DNA of 64,000 bases from Thermoplasmata archaeon (GTDB lineage: Archaea; Thermoplasmatota; Thermoplasmata; Lutacidiplasmatales; UBA184). Position numbers and translations under genes: made by a program. The DNA is taken from assembly GCA_049285595.1 (NCBI GenBank), contig JBAQAF010000036.1, positions 21,910-85,909 of the forward strand. Direction: 5' to 3'. Of the stretch, positions 33,245-42,240 are shown in pieces. The notes under the pieces were generated by a model. It did not search any database, was not told where the DNA came from, and saw only the letters and a program-made list of their open reading frames with translations. Numbering within the stretch: the stretch's first letter is position 1; every line of letters begins with the position of its first letter.

Positions 33245-35950
33245 ATGCCGAAAGCGTCTCCGGCCGCCCGTCCCGCCAAATCTACGGCGGGGGCCACCGT
33301 CGCCGGTAAGGAAGATCTCGTGATGGCGAAGGAGGATGCCCTCCTTCAGCTCAAGATCGGCCGGTCGGCGCATCTCTACGCGGTCGGGATCTCCGCGGCG
33401 CTCGCACTCGATGGGATCCTGGTCCTCTTTCTGTTCTCGCACCTCCCGTCGCTCCCGTTCGCCGCGACCCGCCTCGCCGCGCTCGGTCCGACGTTCTACC
33501 TGCTGATCCCCGCTCTCGCCGGACTCTCCATCGCCGCGGTCGGCCTCGTGACGAAGTGGGAAGCGTTCCAGCTGTGGCCGTGGGAGCCACACTTCTCCAC
33601 CACCGTCGCCGCGGTCGGGCTGAACGTCGTCATCGCGGTCGTCTACTTCTTGCGCGTCGCGGGAACGGCCCCGTTCGCCCATACCGCCCTCTTCCCCTGG
33701 TTCCTGCCGCTCGAGTTCGCCGGCATCTCGCTCGCCTTCCTCGGTCTTGTGATGACCTGGAACGAGTGGACCCCGCAGCAGTGGGCGGCGGCCGGCGCCG
33801 CCGTCCTTCCGCTCCTCACCCCCCTGCTCGTGTACGACCGTCCGACCAGTACGTCGACCGAGGCGGACGCGGTCGCGGTCGCATTGTTCCTCTCGGCGAT
33901 CTTCTACCAGACCGCCGGCTCGTTCCTCCACCTGCTCTCCTCGGGCACCGGACCTCACGAGAACGCCCTGATCGCGTCCGGCCAGAACCGGATCGTCCGG
34001 CTCGCCGACGAGACCCGACAGAAGGAGGAGGCGCTGCGCTTCCGCGAGGCGGCGATCGTCCGCCGCGAAGCGGACGCGGAGACGACCGAGGCCGGCTTGC
34101 GGCGCCAGGAACTGCAGTTCGCGGAGGCGCGCAAGGAGCTCGACGGACGCACCGCGAAGGACCGCGGCCGCAGCGAGGAGATCGACCGCCGCGACCGCGA
34201 ACTCGCCGGGAAGCTCGCCGAGGCCGAGTCATCGATCCAGGCCCTGACGAACCGGACCAACGCCGTGGAGCTACGGGAGCAGGAGATCGCACGGCAGCTC
34301 CCGCAGGTCACGGCCCGGGAACAGCGGGTCGCCCAGAAGGAAGGGGACCAGGCGCGGCGCGATACCGAATTCTCCCATCAGCAGCAGGAAGTTCAGCGTC
34401 GCGTCGATGCCGCCGCCGAGACCGAGACGCGTCTCGAGTCCCGCCGAAAGCAACTGGACGAGAAGACCGCCGAGCTGTTGCGGCGGGAGGGGGAACTGAC
34501 CGCCCGCGGTGGGGGACCGGCCGCGAGCTCCAAGACGACGGCCGCGGGGGGCGAGGTCGCCGCCCGTGAACTCAAGCTGCTGCAGCTCAAGGCCACGCTC
34601 GACGAGCAGAACATCATTCTCGGCCGCCGCGCCCGCGAGGTCGCCCAGCGGGAGAAGGCCGCCTCCGACGCCCTCAAACAGGCGACGGAGAAGCTGGGCC
34701 TCCTCGCCGCCCGCGAAAGCGGGGTGGCCCAGAGGGAAGCGAGCCTCGCGGACCGCTTGAAGGCGGCGGACGAGCGACGGGCGCAGTACGAGGCGGCGGC
34801 GACCGAGTACCAGGACCGGCTCTCCGACTTCGGCCGAAAGCAGGTCGACGTCGCCCAGCGGGGCGCCGACCTCGACCGGTCGCTCCAGACGGTCACCGAC
34901 CGAGAGTCGACCATCTCCGACCGGGAACGTCGGCTGCGCGGCAGCCTGATGGAGATCGACCAGCGCGAGCGGGACCTGATCGCCCGGGAGCGCACCGTCG
35001 AGGCGCACGAGGCGGAGATGAGCCTCCGCCGCCAGGAGGCGGATCGGGAGGGCGGTCTCACCCTCGCCGGTCTCGCCGCGGTCGCCGCCGCCGGTCAGAT
35101 CGACCTTCCACCCCCCCGGCCCGGCCCGAGGTCCGCCGGCGGACGCCCCGCCCGACGGGGGGCGGCGGAGGGGGAGGAGGGCTCGACGAGCCCGACCGAC
35201 CTTCTTGCGCCGACCTCGAGCCGACGCTACTCGGACCGACTGCCGTCCGGGACGCCCCGCCTCGACGACCTGCTTCTCGGGGGGATCCCTGCCCGGAACC
35301 ATGTCGTCCTGGTCGGCGATGCGTTCGTCGGCAAGGAGGTCGTCCTCTACGCGTTCATCGCCGAGGGCCTGAAGCGCGGGGAACCGGTCGTCATCGTCAC
35401 CGCCTCCCGGTCGCCGACCGAGATCGCCCAGTCGATCGGCGTCGTACTGCCGCAGTTCCTCGAGTACGACCAGCTCGGCATGGTCACCTGGATCGACGCC
35501 TCGACGACCGGCGGCGCCGCGGGCCCCCGGCGGCTGGTGACGAAAGGGTCCGATGACCGGGCCGGGATCCTCTCCTCGCTCGTCCAGGCGGCCCGTCCGA
35601 TCGAGGAAGAGAAGAAGGGGCCGTTCCGCGTCGGGTTCCTCGGCCTCTCCGCCGTCTTCGCCCACGCCGACGAACGGGCGAGCTTCTCGTTCCTGCAGAA
35701 CGTGGTCGGGATCCTGAAGCCGCGCGAGGCGCTCGCGATGTACTCGCTCGAAGGCGGGGCGCTCAGCGAGCCGCAGGTCGAGTCGTTGCTCGGCCGAATG
35801 GACGGGGCGATCGTCTTCCGCCAGGACCGCGACCGGACGTTCCTCTCCGTGAAAGGATTCGGCGACGTACAGACCCGGGATTGGGTCGAGTGCCGCGCGA
35901 CGAACCGCGCGCTGATCGTGGGATCGTTCGCCCTCGAGCGGATCCGGTAG
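33245..35950 (+). CDS. Multi-pass membrane / long coiled-coil / C-terminal KaiC-RecA-like (degenerate Walker A/B) protein
   Basis: About 6 N-terminal helices (AVGISAALALDGILVLFLF ... AVALFLSAIFYQTAGSFLHLL). An E/R/A/Q-rich segment of ~380 aa follows, with recurring RE-x-x-h-x-x-RE motifs (REQEIARQ, REQRVAQKE, RESGVAQRE, RESTISDRE, RERDLIARE). The C-terminus reads RLDDLLLGGIPARNHVVLVGDAFVGKEVVLYAFIAEGLKRGEPVVIVTASRSPTEIAQSIG, KaiC-like. The start is ATG 33245, or possibly ATG 33323; the track start 33149 overlaps the methyltransferase. Confidence 0.8.
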   Translation: MPKASPAARPAKSTAGATVAGKEDLVMAKEDALLQLKIGRSAHLYAVGISAALALDGILVLFLFSHLPSLPFAATRLAALGPTFYLLIPALAGLSIAAVGLVTKWEAFQLWPWEPHFSTTVAAVGLNVVIAVVYFLRVAGTAPFAHTALFPWFLPLEFAGISLAFLGLVMTWNEWTPQQWAAAGAAVLPLLTPLLVYDRPTSTSTEADAVAVALFLSAIFYQTAGSFLHLLSSGTGPHENALIASGQNRIVRLADETRQKEEALRFREAAIVRREADAETTEAGLRRQELQFAEARKELDGRTAKDRGRSEEIDRRDRELAGKLAEAESSIQALTNRTNAVELREQEIARQLPQVTAREQRVAQKEGDQARRDTEFSHQQQEVQRRVDAAAETETRLESRRKQLDEKTAELLRREGELTARGGGPAASSKTTAAGGEVAARELKLLQLKATLDEQNIILGRRAREVAQREKAASDALKQATEKLGLLAARESGVAQREASLADRLKAADERRAQYEAAATEYQDRLSDFGRKQVDVAQRGADLDRSLQTVTDRESTISDRERRLRGSLMEIDQRERDLIARERTVEAHEAEMSLRRQEADREGGLTLAGLAAVAAAGQIDLPPPRPGPRSAGGRPARRGAAEGEEGSTSPTDLLAPTSSRRYSDRLPSGTPRLDDLLLGGIPARNHVVLVGDAFVGKEVVLYAFIAEGLKRGEPVVIVTASRSPTEIAQSIGVVLPQFLEYDQLGMVTWIDASTTGGAAGPRRLVTKGSDDRAGILSSLVQAARPIEEEKKGPFRVGFLGLSAVFAHADERASFSFLQNVVGILKPREALAMYSLEGGALSEPQVESLLGRMDGAIVFRQDRDRTFLSVKGFGDVQTRDWVECRATNRALIVGSFALERIR

Positions 35951-36021
35951 TAGTCCGGGGGGCCTCCGCGGCCGTTCTCCGGCGCTCGCGTTGGGAGCTC
36001 GCGCCGTACCTTCCGGCGGCT

Positions 36022-37005
36022 CTAGCGTAGTCCGGCGTACTCGGACCGGTCCACCACATGGCGGGGCGCCTCGCCCGAGAAGAACCGCCCGAGGTTGCCG
36101 AGGGCTGCGGAGAGCGCATAGGCTTCGACTGGGGGCGCGAACCCGGCACTATGCGGGGTCCCGAGGACGTTCGGCAGGTCGAGGAAAGGGAAGCGGAACT
36201 GCACGGAACCGTCGGCGTACCCCTCCTCCCACCAGACGTCGAGGGCGGCCCGGAACTCCGGGTGCTCGACCAGGTGCCGGTAGAGCGCCTCCTCGTCGAC
36301 GGTTCCCGCCCGCCCGACGTTCACGAACACCGCGTGCGGACGCATCGCGGCGAACTCTTCGCGGCCGAGCGAGCCGCGGGTGATCCGGGTCAGCGGTCGC
36401 GCGTCGAAAATGATGTCCCCTTCGGCGACCGCCTCCCGCAGATGGTCGGCCGCCCTCATCTCGTCACACCCGGGGCCGAGAACTCCGGTGCGATTGAGGC
36501 CAACGATCCGCATATCGAACCCCCGAAGGCGGGCCGCGATCGCCCGCCCGATCTCCCCGTACCCTAGGATCACGGCGGTCTGCCGCCAGAGCGGTCGGTT
36601 CTCGGGGGCGGGGCGAAGCCGTCCGGCCGCGACCTGCGCCCGAGCGGCGACCAGGGAACGGGCCGCGCCGAGCGCGAGCGCGACCGCGTGCTCCGCGACG
36701 AACGGAGCGTAGCCGCCGACGTTCCCCGCGACCGTGACGTTCGGCGGGATCCGGTCGAACGGAAGGTCGTCGACCCCGGCGAAGATGCGTTGGACGAATC
36801 GAAGCCGGGGGGTCGTTGCCGGGTCCCAGGAACGCGCCTCGCGCGCGACCGAGCCCAGCAGGGCCGCCTCGATCTCCGCGAGATCCTCCGGGGTCGCTTC
36901 CGCGATCTCGACCGACCGGACGTCGGGGAGGCGCCGGGCGACCTCCGTCCGCAGGGAATCGCGGGGGCGCACCGCGAGGAGCAGCCGAGGACGGGCGGTC
37001 GCCAT
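36022..37005 (-). CDS. D-isomer-specific 2-hydroxyacid dehydrogenase family protein
   Basis: AVILGYGEIGRAIAARL (GxGxxG), NVGRAGTVDEEAL, GTPHSAG. ATG at 37005. Confidence 0.85.
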   Translation of the reverse strand: MATARPRLLLAVRPRDSLRTEVARRLPDVRSVEIAEATPEDLAEIEAALLGSVAREARSWDPATTPRLRFVQRIFAGVDDLPFDRIPPNVTVAGNVGGYAPFVAEHAVALALGAARSLVAARAQVAAGRLRPAPENRPLWRQTAVILGYGEIGRAIAARLRGFDMRIVGLNRTGVLGPGCDEMRAADHLREAVAEGDIIFDARPLTRITRGSLGREEFAAMRPHAVFVNVGRAGTVDEEALYRHLVEHPEFRAALDVWWEEGYADGSVQFRFPFLDLPNVLGTPHSAGFAPPVEAYALSAALGNLGRFFSGEAPRHVVDRSEYAGLR

Positions 37006-37099
37006 CGAACGGCGAACCCCGCGAGGTTCATCCGTTCCTCCCACCCGCTCCTGCGGTCGAGGGCGACGTCTTTAGGACCGCTCGGGTCACGCCGGCGCG

Positions 37100-37474
37100 A
37101 TGACGGGGTCCTCCTTCCGGCTCCAGCACGTCCAGATCGCCGCTCCCGCGGGGTCGGAGGCGTCGGCCCGCGCGTTCTTCGTCGATCTTCTCGGGATGGT
37201 CGAGGTGCCCAAGCCCCCCCATCTCGCCCGCCGCGGCGGGATATGGCTCGAGCTCGACGGCTCGCAGCTGCACATCGGGATCGACACCGACTTTCGCCCG
37301 GCGGAGAAGGCCCATCCCGCCTTCGAGGTAGACGACCTCGACGCTCTGCGCCGCCGCCTCACCGCGCGGGGGGTCGAGACGTGGGAGGACGAGGTCTACC
37401 CAGGGCGTCGGCGGTTCTACGCGCGGGACCCGTTCGGCAACCGGCTCGAGTTCCTCACCCGGCCCGGGGAGTGA
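37100..37474 (+). CDS. VOC/glyoxalase-family protein
   Basis: RLQHVQIAAPAGSEASARAFFVDLLGM...AHPAFEVDDLDALRRRL...ARDPFGNRLEF. Confidence 0.8.
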   Translation: MTGSSFRLQHVQIAAPAGSEASARAFFVDLLGMVEVPKPPHLARRGGIWLELDGSQLHIGIDTDFRPAEKAHPAFEVDDLDALRRRLTARGVETWEDEVYPGRRRFYARDPFGNRLEFLTRPGE

Positions 37475-37480
37475 TTCCGG

Positions 37481-38275
37481 GTGCCGAACCTCCACGGAGC
37501 GGTCACCCTCGACCTCTGGCACACGCTCGTCTATCTCACCCCCAGCGCCGAGGAGTCGTACATGAACGCCCAGATGGACCTCGCCGCCGAGGTCCTGGAC
37601 GACACACCCACCCCTCCGGGGTCGGCACGCCGCTCGCGGATCGAACTTCGGACCGAGTTCCAGAAGGTCTATGCGGGGGCGGTCGCCGCGGCGCAGCGGG
37701 GCGTGAGCGTCCCTCCCGCGGCCCAGCTGACGCTCGCCGCGGAGGCGACCGGGCGAAGGGCCGCCCCCGATCAGTACGTCGAGGGACTCCGTCGCCTCGT
37801 CTCACGGACACCGTTCCAGATCGGTCCGGGCGCCCTCGCGACCGTTCGGGCGCTCCGGGATCGGGGATGGCGGACCGCCGTGATCTCGAACACGATCGGG
37901 GAACCGGGGGCGACCCTGCGCCCGATCCTCACCTCGATGGGGTTCGATGAGGTCGTCGAGGAATACCTGTTCAGCGACGAGCTCCCCTGGACGAAGCCCG
38001 ACCCGGCGATCTTCCTCGAGGCGCTGCGACGCCTGGGCTCCGACCCGTCCCACGCGGTCCATGTCGGGGACGGCTGGCCCGATATCGAGGGCCCGAAGAG
38101 GACCGGGATGAAGGCCGGGATCCTGTACACCGGACTTCAGACCTACGGAGCCGAGTACCAGCGCCTCTTCCTCCCCCCCGGATGGGCCTCCCCGTCGGCC
38201 GAGTACCGGATCGAACGTCTGGAGGAGCTGCCGCCGCTCGTCGATCGGATCCTCGGCCCGCCGCCCGGACCGTAG
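37481..38275 (+). CDS. HAD-superfamily hydrolase
   Basis: Motif I VTLDLWHTL, motif II VISNT, motif III WTKPDP, motif IV HVGDGWPDIEG. GTG start. Confidence 0.8.
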   Translation: MPNLHGAVTLDLWHTLVYLTPSAEESYMNAQMDLAAEVLDDTPTPPGSARRSRIELRTEFQKVYAGAVAAAQRGVSVPPAAQLTLAAEATGRRAAPDQYVEGLRRLVSRTPFQIGPGALATVRALRDRGWRTAVISNTIGEPGATLRPILTSMGFDEVVEEYLFSDELPWTKPDPAIFLEALRRLGSDPSHAVHVGDGWPDIEGPKRTGMKAGILYTGLQTYGAEYQRLFLPPGWASPSAEYRIERLEELPPLVDRILGPPPGP

Positions 38276-38283
38276 ACGTTCGC

Positions 38284-38559
38284 CTACTCCGCGCCCATGT
38301 GCCGAGGCTGTGGGATCGACTTCGGCTGATCGGCGTCGGTCGGCATGCCGGTCTTGCCGACCACGATGTCGCAATCCTTCCAGCTGACCCCGACGGTCAC
38401 CCGAGGGAAGGCGACCTTGAGCGTATAGTTCGCGAGCTTTCCGAGCACCAGGCCCACCGACCCGGAGGCGAGGTTCGGATTCATCGTAGTCAGGTCTCTC
38501 GTAAGGATGACCCGGGTCTCGCCAAAGACGATCCGCTCGAGCTCCTTGCGGTCCTCCAT
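38284..38559 (-). CDS. Hypothetical protein (91 aa)
   Basis: MEDRKELERIVFGETRVILTRDLTTMNPNLASGSVGLVLGKLANYTLKVAFPRVTVGVSWKDCDIVVGK.... No family recognised. Confidence 0.4.
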   Translation of the reverse strand: MEDRKELERIVFGETRVILTRDLTTMNPNLASGSVGLVLGKLANYTLKVAFPRVTVGVSWKDCDIVVGKTGMPTDADQPKSIPQPRHMGAE

Positions 38560-38683
38560 GGTCCAGCGGGGGCGTAGCACTCGCGCCGAGACATAACCCT
38601 GCCGGAGGCGGGCCCGGAGCCCCGAACCGAGGGGAAATCAGGTCGAGCGAGACTGTAACACGGAAATCCCGTCGAAAACAGGG

Positions 38684-38691
38684 ATTATCTA
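38684..38691 (+). promoter_or_regulatory. TATA-like box for satP
   Basis: ggATTATCTAct lies ~29 nt upstream of ATG 38717. It overlaps the right arm of the inverted repeat AATCCC-N10-GGGATT (38665-38686). Confidence 0.45.
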
Positions 38692-38716
38692 CTAGGAGCG
38701 CGTGGTGCGGCCTAGC

Positions 38717-39397
38717 ATGCCGGCCTCGGATTCGAACATGGAAACGGCTAGAGGAATGCAGGACGCTCCTCCAAGAGTGGAGGAGAAGCCCGAATGGTGG
38801 GCTAGCCCAGCGGTCATCGGACTGATGGGTTTCGGCCTGACGACGATCATCGCAGGATTGAGCGACCTACCCAAACCCTACGGGATTGGCTTTGGCGCCG
38901 GTGGCGCCTTTGGATCCAGTTCCAACTGGGTCGTCTTTGGTATGGCGATCGCTTTCGGAGGCATCGTACAGCTCATCGCGGGGGTCATCGGTCTCCGGAA
39001 GGGCAATCTCTTCGCCGGTTCGGCGTTCGTCGGCTACGGGGCGTTTTGGCTCGCCTTCACGCTGATGCTCACGAGCTACATTAGCGGTAATCCTGGGCTC
39101 CCAGTAGCATTTTTTGGAGTCGCCGGATTCGCATTTGTCTGGATGATGTTCACGTTGACCTTCTTGATCAACTCGATGAAGCATGGATGGGGGATTTTCT
39201 TTGTCTTCCTGTTCCTGTTCATCGCGTTCGTCCTGCTGGTCGCACAGTTCTGGCAGATGGGCGGCGGACACACCCCCTCCAACGGCGAGTTCTGGGCGAC
39301 GGGCTCTGAGATCATCCTCACGGGTCTGACGGCTTGGTACGTCGCGACGGCGGACCTGACCAACTGGAACTACGGCCGGAAGGTCCTGCCGGTCTAA
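38717..39397 (+). CDS. satP: GPR1/FUN34/YaaH-family acetate/succinate transporter
   Basis: WWASPAVIGLMGFGLTTIIAGL (compare the family signature NPAPLGL.GFG.TT) and VGYGAFWLAF, with 6 helices. Start chosen by promoter geometry; alternatives are GTG 38702 and ATG 38738. Confidence 0.85.
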   Translation: MPASDSNMETARGMQDAPPRVEEKPEWWASPAVIGLMGFGLTTIIAGLSDLPKPYGIGFGAGGAFGSSSNWVVFGMAIAFGGIVQLIAGVIGLRKGNLFAGSAFVGYGAFWLAFTLMLTSYISGNPGLPVAFFGVAGFAFVWMMFTLTFLINSMKHGWGIFFVFLFLFIAFVLLVAQFWQMGGGHTPSNGEFWATGSEIILTGLTAWYVATADLTNWNYGRKVLPV

Positions 39398-39430
39398 GCG
39401 CGACCCACACAGCCGGGACGAACCCTTTCT

Positions 39431-39478
39431 CCCTCCGTCCGGAGCACCGGGCGGAGGGGGTCCTGTATTGGTTTTTTT
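39431..39478 (+). terminator. Hairpin plus T7 run downstream of satP
   Basis: CCCTCCGTCCGG-agca-CCGGGCGGAGGG forms a 12-bp stem with one G-U pair (39431-39458). TTTTTTT follows at 39472-39478. Confidence 0.5.
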
Positions 39479-39549
39479 GGCGAGTCGGGAAGAGTTGCCC
39501 CCCGGTCCCTGAGATTCCCGCTCCGGGGAGGCGACGGGAGCGCGGGTGA

Positions 39550-40242
39550 TCAGGCGACCTTGGGTCGATACCGCAGAACGAGCTCGAGGCCCCCGCGGAC
39601 CAGGAGCACGGCGAGCAGGAAGAGGGGGATCAGGAACAGGTCCCCACCGGGCCAGGCGTATCCTCGGGCCTCCCCGGCCCAGAAGGCGGCGAAGGCGAAC
39701 AGCATCGATGTCCCGCCGAGCTTGAGCCAGGGGACCTTGATCCGGCGCACGCGTTCGCCCACGGAGAGGGCCACAACGACCAGCAGGACCCCTCCGGCGA
39801 GCGCTCCGAGGATGGCCGAGCTCCCGTAGCCCGCGGCGGTGAGGGCGAGAAGGACGATGACGACCTCGGTCGCCTCGACCGCCCCCACGGTGAATCCGCC
39901 CACGAACTGCGCGACTCGCCGGGGGCCCCCCGGCGCTGTCGTGGCCGCAGCGCGAAGACGACGATAGGTCCGCAGCGTGCTCCGGAACAGGAACACCCCG
40001 AATGCCGTCAGCACGACCGCGGCGGCCCAGAGGAGGTACGCCCGGGGGGCGAGGAGGAGGGCGCGACCCGACACCAGGGCGACGACCGCGATCGTCGCGC
40101 ACCCGGCCACCGCTCCGGCGGCCCCATGGCGCAGGCTCGACTCGTCCGCCCCCAGGGCCAGGACGAGCGCGACCACCTCGGTCATCTCGAGGACCGTGAT
40201 CAACAGCGCCGCGAGGATCACGGGGACGTAGAGGGAGAACAT
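39550..40242 (-). CDS. Integral membrane protein with an internal duplication (motif h-E-x-T-E-V-V)
   Basis: 230 aa. LITVLEMTEVVALVLALG appears in helix 1 and TVGAVEATEVVIVLLALT in the second half. It may be a UPF0016/GDT1-like or COG4280-like cation transporter, which I could not verify. Confidence 0.6.
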   Translation of the reverse strand: MFSLYVPVILAALLITVLEMTEVVALVLALGADESSLRHGAAGAVAGCATIAVVALVSGRALLLAPRAYLLWAAAVVLTAFGVFLFRSTLRTYRRLRAAATTAPGGPRRVAQFVGGFTVGAVEATEVVIVLLALTAAGYGSSAILGALAGGVLLVVVALSVGERVRRIKVPWLKLGGTSMLFAFAAFWAGEARGYAWPGGDLFLIPLFLLAVLLVRGGLELVLRYRPKVA

Positions 40243-40289
40243 CGGCGCGGTCCGGCGCAGGAACCGCCCGCGGGCTTATCCGCTGCGGG

Positions 40290-40919
40290 TCACGCCGCGG
40301 TCGATTCGGTGACCTGCGCCCGCAGCACCATCAGCTGCTCGCGAAGCGCGTTCACGACCCGGTGGACGTCGTACGTCTGCATCGGACCCCACAGCTCGAG
40401 CGAGAGGGAGTGTTCCCGTTCCCGGTGGAGGCGACGCAGGACGGCGTCGACCCGCCGATCGCCGTCCCCGGAGAGCCGCACGAGGAACGCCCGGGCGCTC
40501 GCGAGGTCCTGCCATCGGTCGCTCTCGAGCGCCTTCAGAAGATGCCCGACCGGCTCGGTGAGACCGGGGTGAAGCGCTTCGGGCAACGGCAGCCAGCCAC
40601 CGGGATCGACCTCCCAGTGGTCGACGTGGGAGTACCCGCACGCCTGGAGCGAGTGGAGCATGGCGGCGGCGAGATCGAGCAGGCTCTCCTCCTCCTCGAA
40701 TCGCCGTTCCTTGAGGAGCGAACGGATCTCCGTCACGAACTGGAACCGATGGGGGGCGATCACCTCGTGTCCGAGATCGATCTCGATCCGGACGTGGCGG
40801 AAGCCGCGCTCCTGCTGGTGGCGAGTTCTCGGCGGCGCGTGGTGGCCCGACGGGCGGTGGCCGGCCCCCGTCCGGGGCGGGGGGTTGGACGGGGTGCGGT
40901 GCCGCGCCGACCGCTCCAT
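40290..40919 (-). CDS. Hypothetical protein
   Basis: 209 aa with ATG start. A basic, P/H-rich N-terminus is followed by a protein-like domain (VRIEIDLGHEVIAPHRFQFVTEIRSLLKERRFEEEESLLDLAAAMLHSLQACGYSHVDHWE). No family recognised. Confidence 0.5.
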   Translation of the reverse strand: MERSARHRTPSNPPPRTGAGHRPSGHHAPPRTRHQQERGFRHVRIEIDLGHEVIAPHRFQFVTEIRSLLKERRFEEEESLLDLAAAMLHSLQACGYSHVDHWEVDPGGWLPLPEALHPGLTEPVGHLLKALESDRWQDLASARAFLVRLSGDGDRRVDAVLRRLHREREHSLSLELWGPMQTYDVHRVVNALREQLMVLRAQVTESTAA

Positions 40920-40992
40920 GCCCCCCTACTGGGCGAGCCCCCCTCCTAATCCCTTTGCTGGACGCGGCGTGGGGCGCCGGCCAGAGTTCCGA

Positions 40993-42162
40993 TCAGTGAG
41001 AGACCGAGTGGGCGTGCGGCTGGCCCTCGGACGTGTCGTCCAGCGCGGCCGCGCAGATCAGCTGGGCCGCGACGCGCACGACCCCGATCGACTCCGTCGC
41101 GCCGGCCCGTCGAAGCTTGGCGAGGCTGCTCTCCGCCGTCGCGACCGCGACGATCCGCAGGTTGGGCTGGAGCGCCCGCGCCGTGATCACCGTCAGGAGG
41201 TTCGCCGCGTCCGACTCCTGGGCGACGATCAGGGAACGGGCCCGGGCGACCCCGACGAGCGAGAGCTCTTCCTCGACCGACGGGTCGCCGTGGTGGACCC
41301 GGAACCCCTCCTCCTTGAGTCGATCGACGGCCGCCGCGTCGGAGGCAAGAATCACGAACCGCACTCCGGCCTCCCGGAGCGCGATCGCGGTGGCGTGCGC
41401 CTCGGGGGTCGCCCCGCAGACGATGACGTGCCGTTCGAGCTCCTGCATCTGGGACCGTTCGAGTCGCTCTCCGATCCGGGAGAGCCGCCGCTCGAGGAAC
41501 GGTACGAAAAGCACCACGATGGCGGATAAGAACGTTCCGACGCCGATCAGGATCAACAGAACCTCGAACCACCGGGCCGCGTCCGTCATCGGCTGGTACG
41601 TCGCGCCGATCGTTGAGATCGTTGCGACCGTGAAGTAGACCGCTTCCCCCCAGGAGGTGATGTGGGGGGAGAACCGGTTGCCGAGCCACTCGGCGCCGAC
41701 GGTGCCGAAGAGGATCGAGACGAGGCTCGCGACGACAAGCAGCAGCTGGGTGCCCTCCGGACCGGTCGCCGAGCCGATGTAGAAGCTGGCGCGGTAGGGG
41801 TAGATCGCCCCGAGCAGCACCGCCGAGGCGAGCGTCGAGGCGATCGAGAACTCGTTCGGGCTGAGCAGGGCGATCGCACCCGCGAGGATCGGTACGGGGA
41901 TGGAGAAGATCCAGGCGACGGGGCTGCGCCGACGGATCCGGAACGACAGGACGAACAGGAGCAGTCCCGCGACGACGTCGAACGGGGGGTCGTAGCCGGC
42001 GAGCGGCGTGTGATACAGCTCGTTCGGCAGGCGCGAGGCGGAGAGGAGCCCGAAGAAGATCATCAGGAGGCCCACCAGCGCCGCCGCGAGGCCGACGTAC
42101 GGGGCCCGAGCGGCGAAGGAGGGGAATCTGGTCTCTGGCCCTGGGGACGGCTCCGAGCCCAT
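40993..42162 (-). CDS. RCK/TrkA-N-domain cation channel with a non-canonical pore filter
   Basis: Pore region GEAVYFTVATISTIGATYQP. RCK domain HVIVCGATPEAHATAIALREAGVRFVILASD...DPSVEEELSLVGVARARSLIV. ATG at 42162; the track start 42204 is a GTG. Confidence 0.8.
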   Translation of the reverse strand: MGSEPSPGPETRFPSFAARAPYVGLAAALVGLLMIFFGLLSASRLPNELYHTPLAGYDPPFDVVAGLLLFVLSFRIRRRSPVAWIFSIPVPILAGAIALLSPNEFSIASTLASAVLLGAIYPYRASFYIGSATGPEGTQLLLVVASLVSILFGTVGAEWLGNRFSPHITSWGEAVYFTVATISTIGATYQPMTDAARWFEVLLILIGVGTFLSAIVVLFVPFLERRLSRIGERLERSQMQELERHVIVCGATPEAHATAIALREAGVRFVILASDAAAVDRLKEEGFRVHHGDPSVEEELSLVGVARARSLIVAQESDAANLLTVITARALQPNLRIVAVATAESSLAKLRRAGATESIGVVRVAAQLICAAALDDTSEGQPHAHSVSH

Positions 42163-42240
42163 CGCGGCTCGGTAGTCCCGCCGGTAGTAAAGTGCGACTC
42201 CCACTCTCTAGGCTGGCGAGGAACCCCGCCGGTGATCCGA

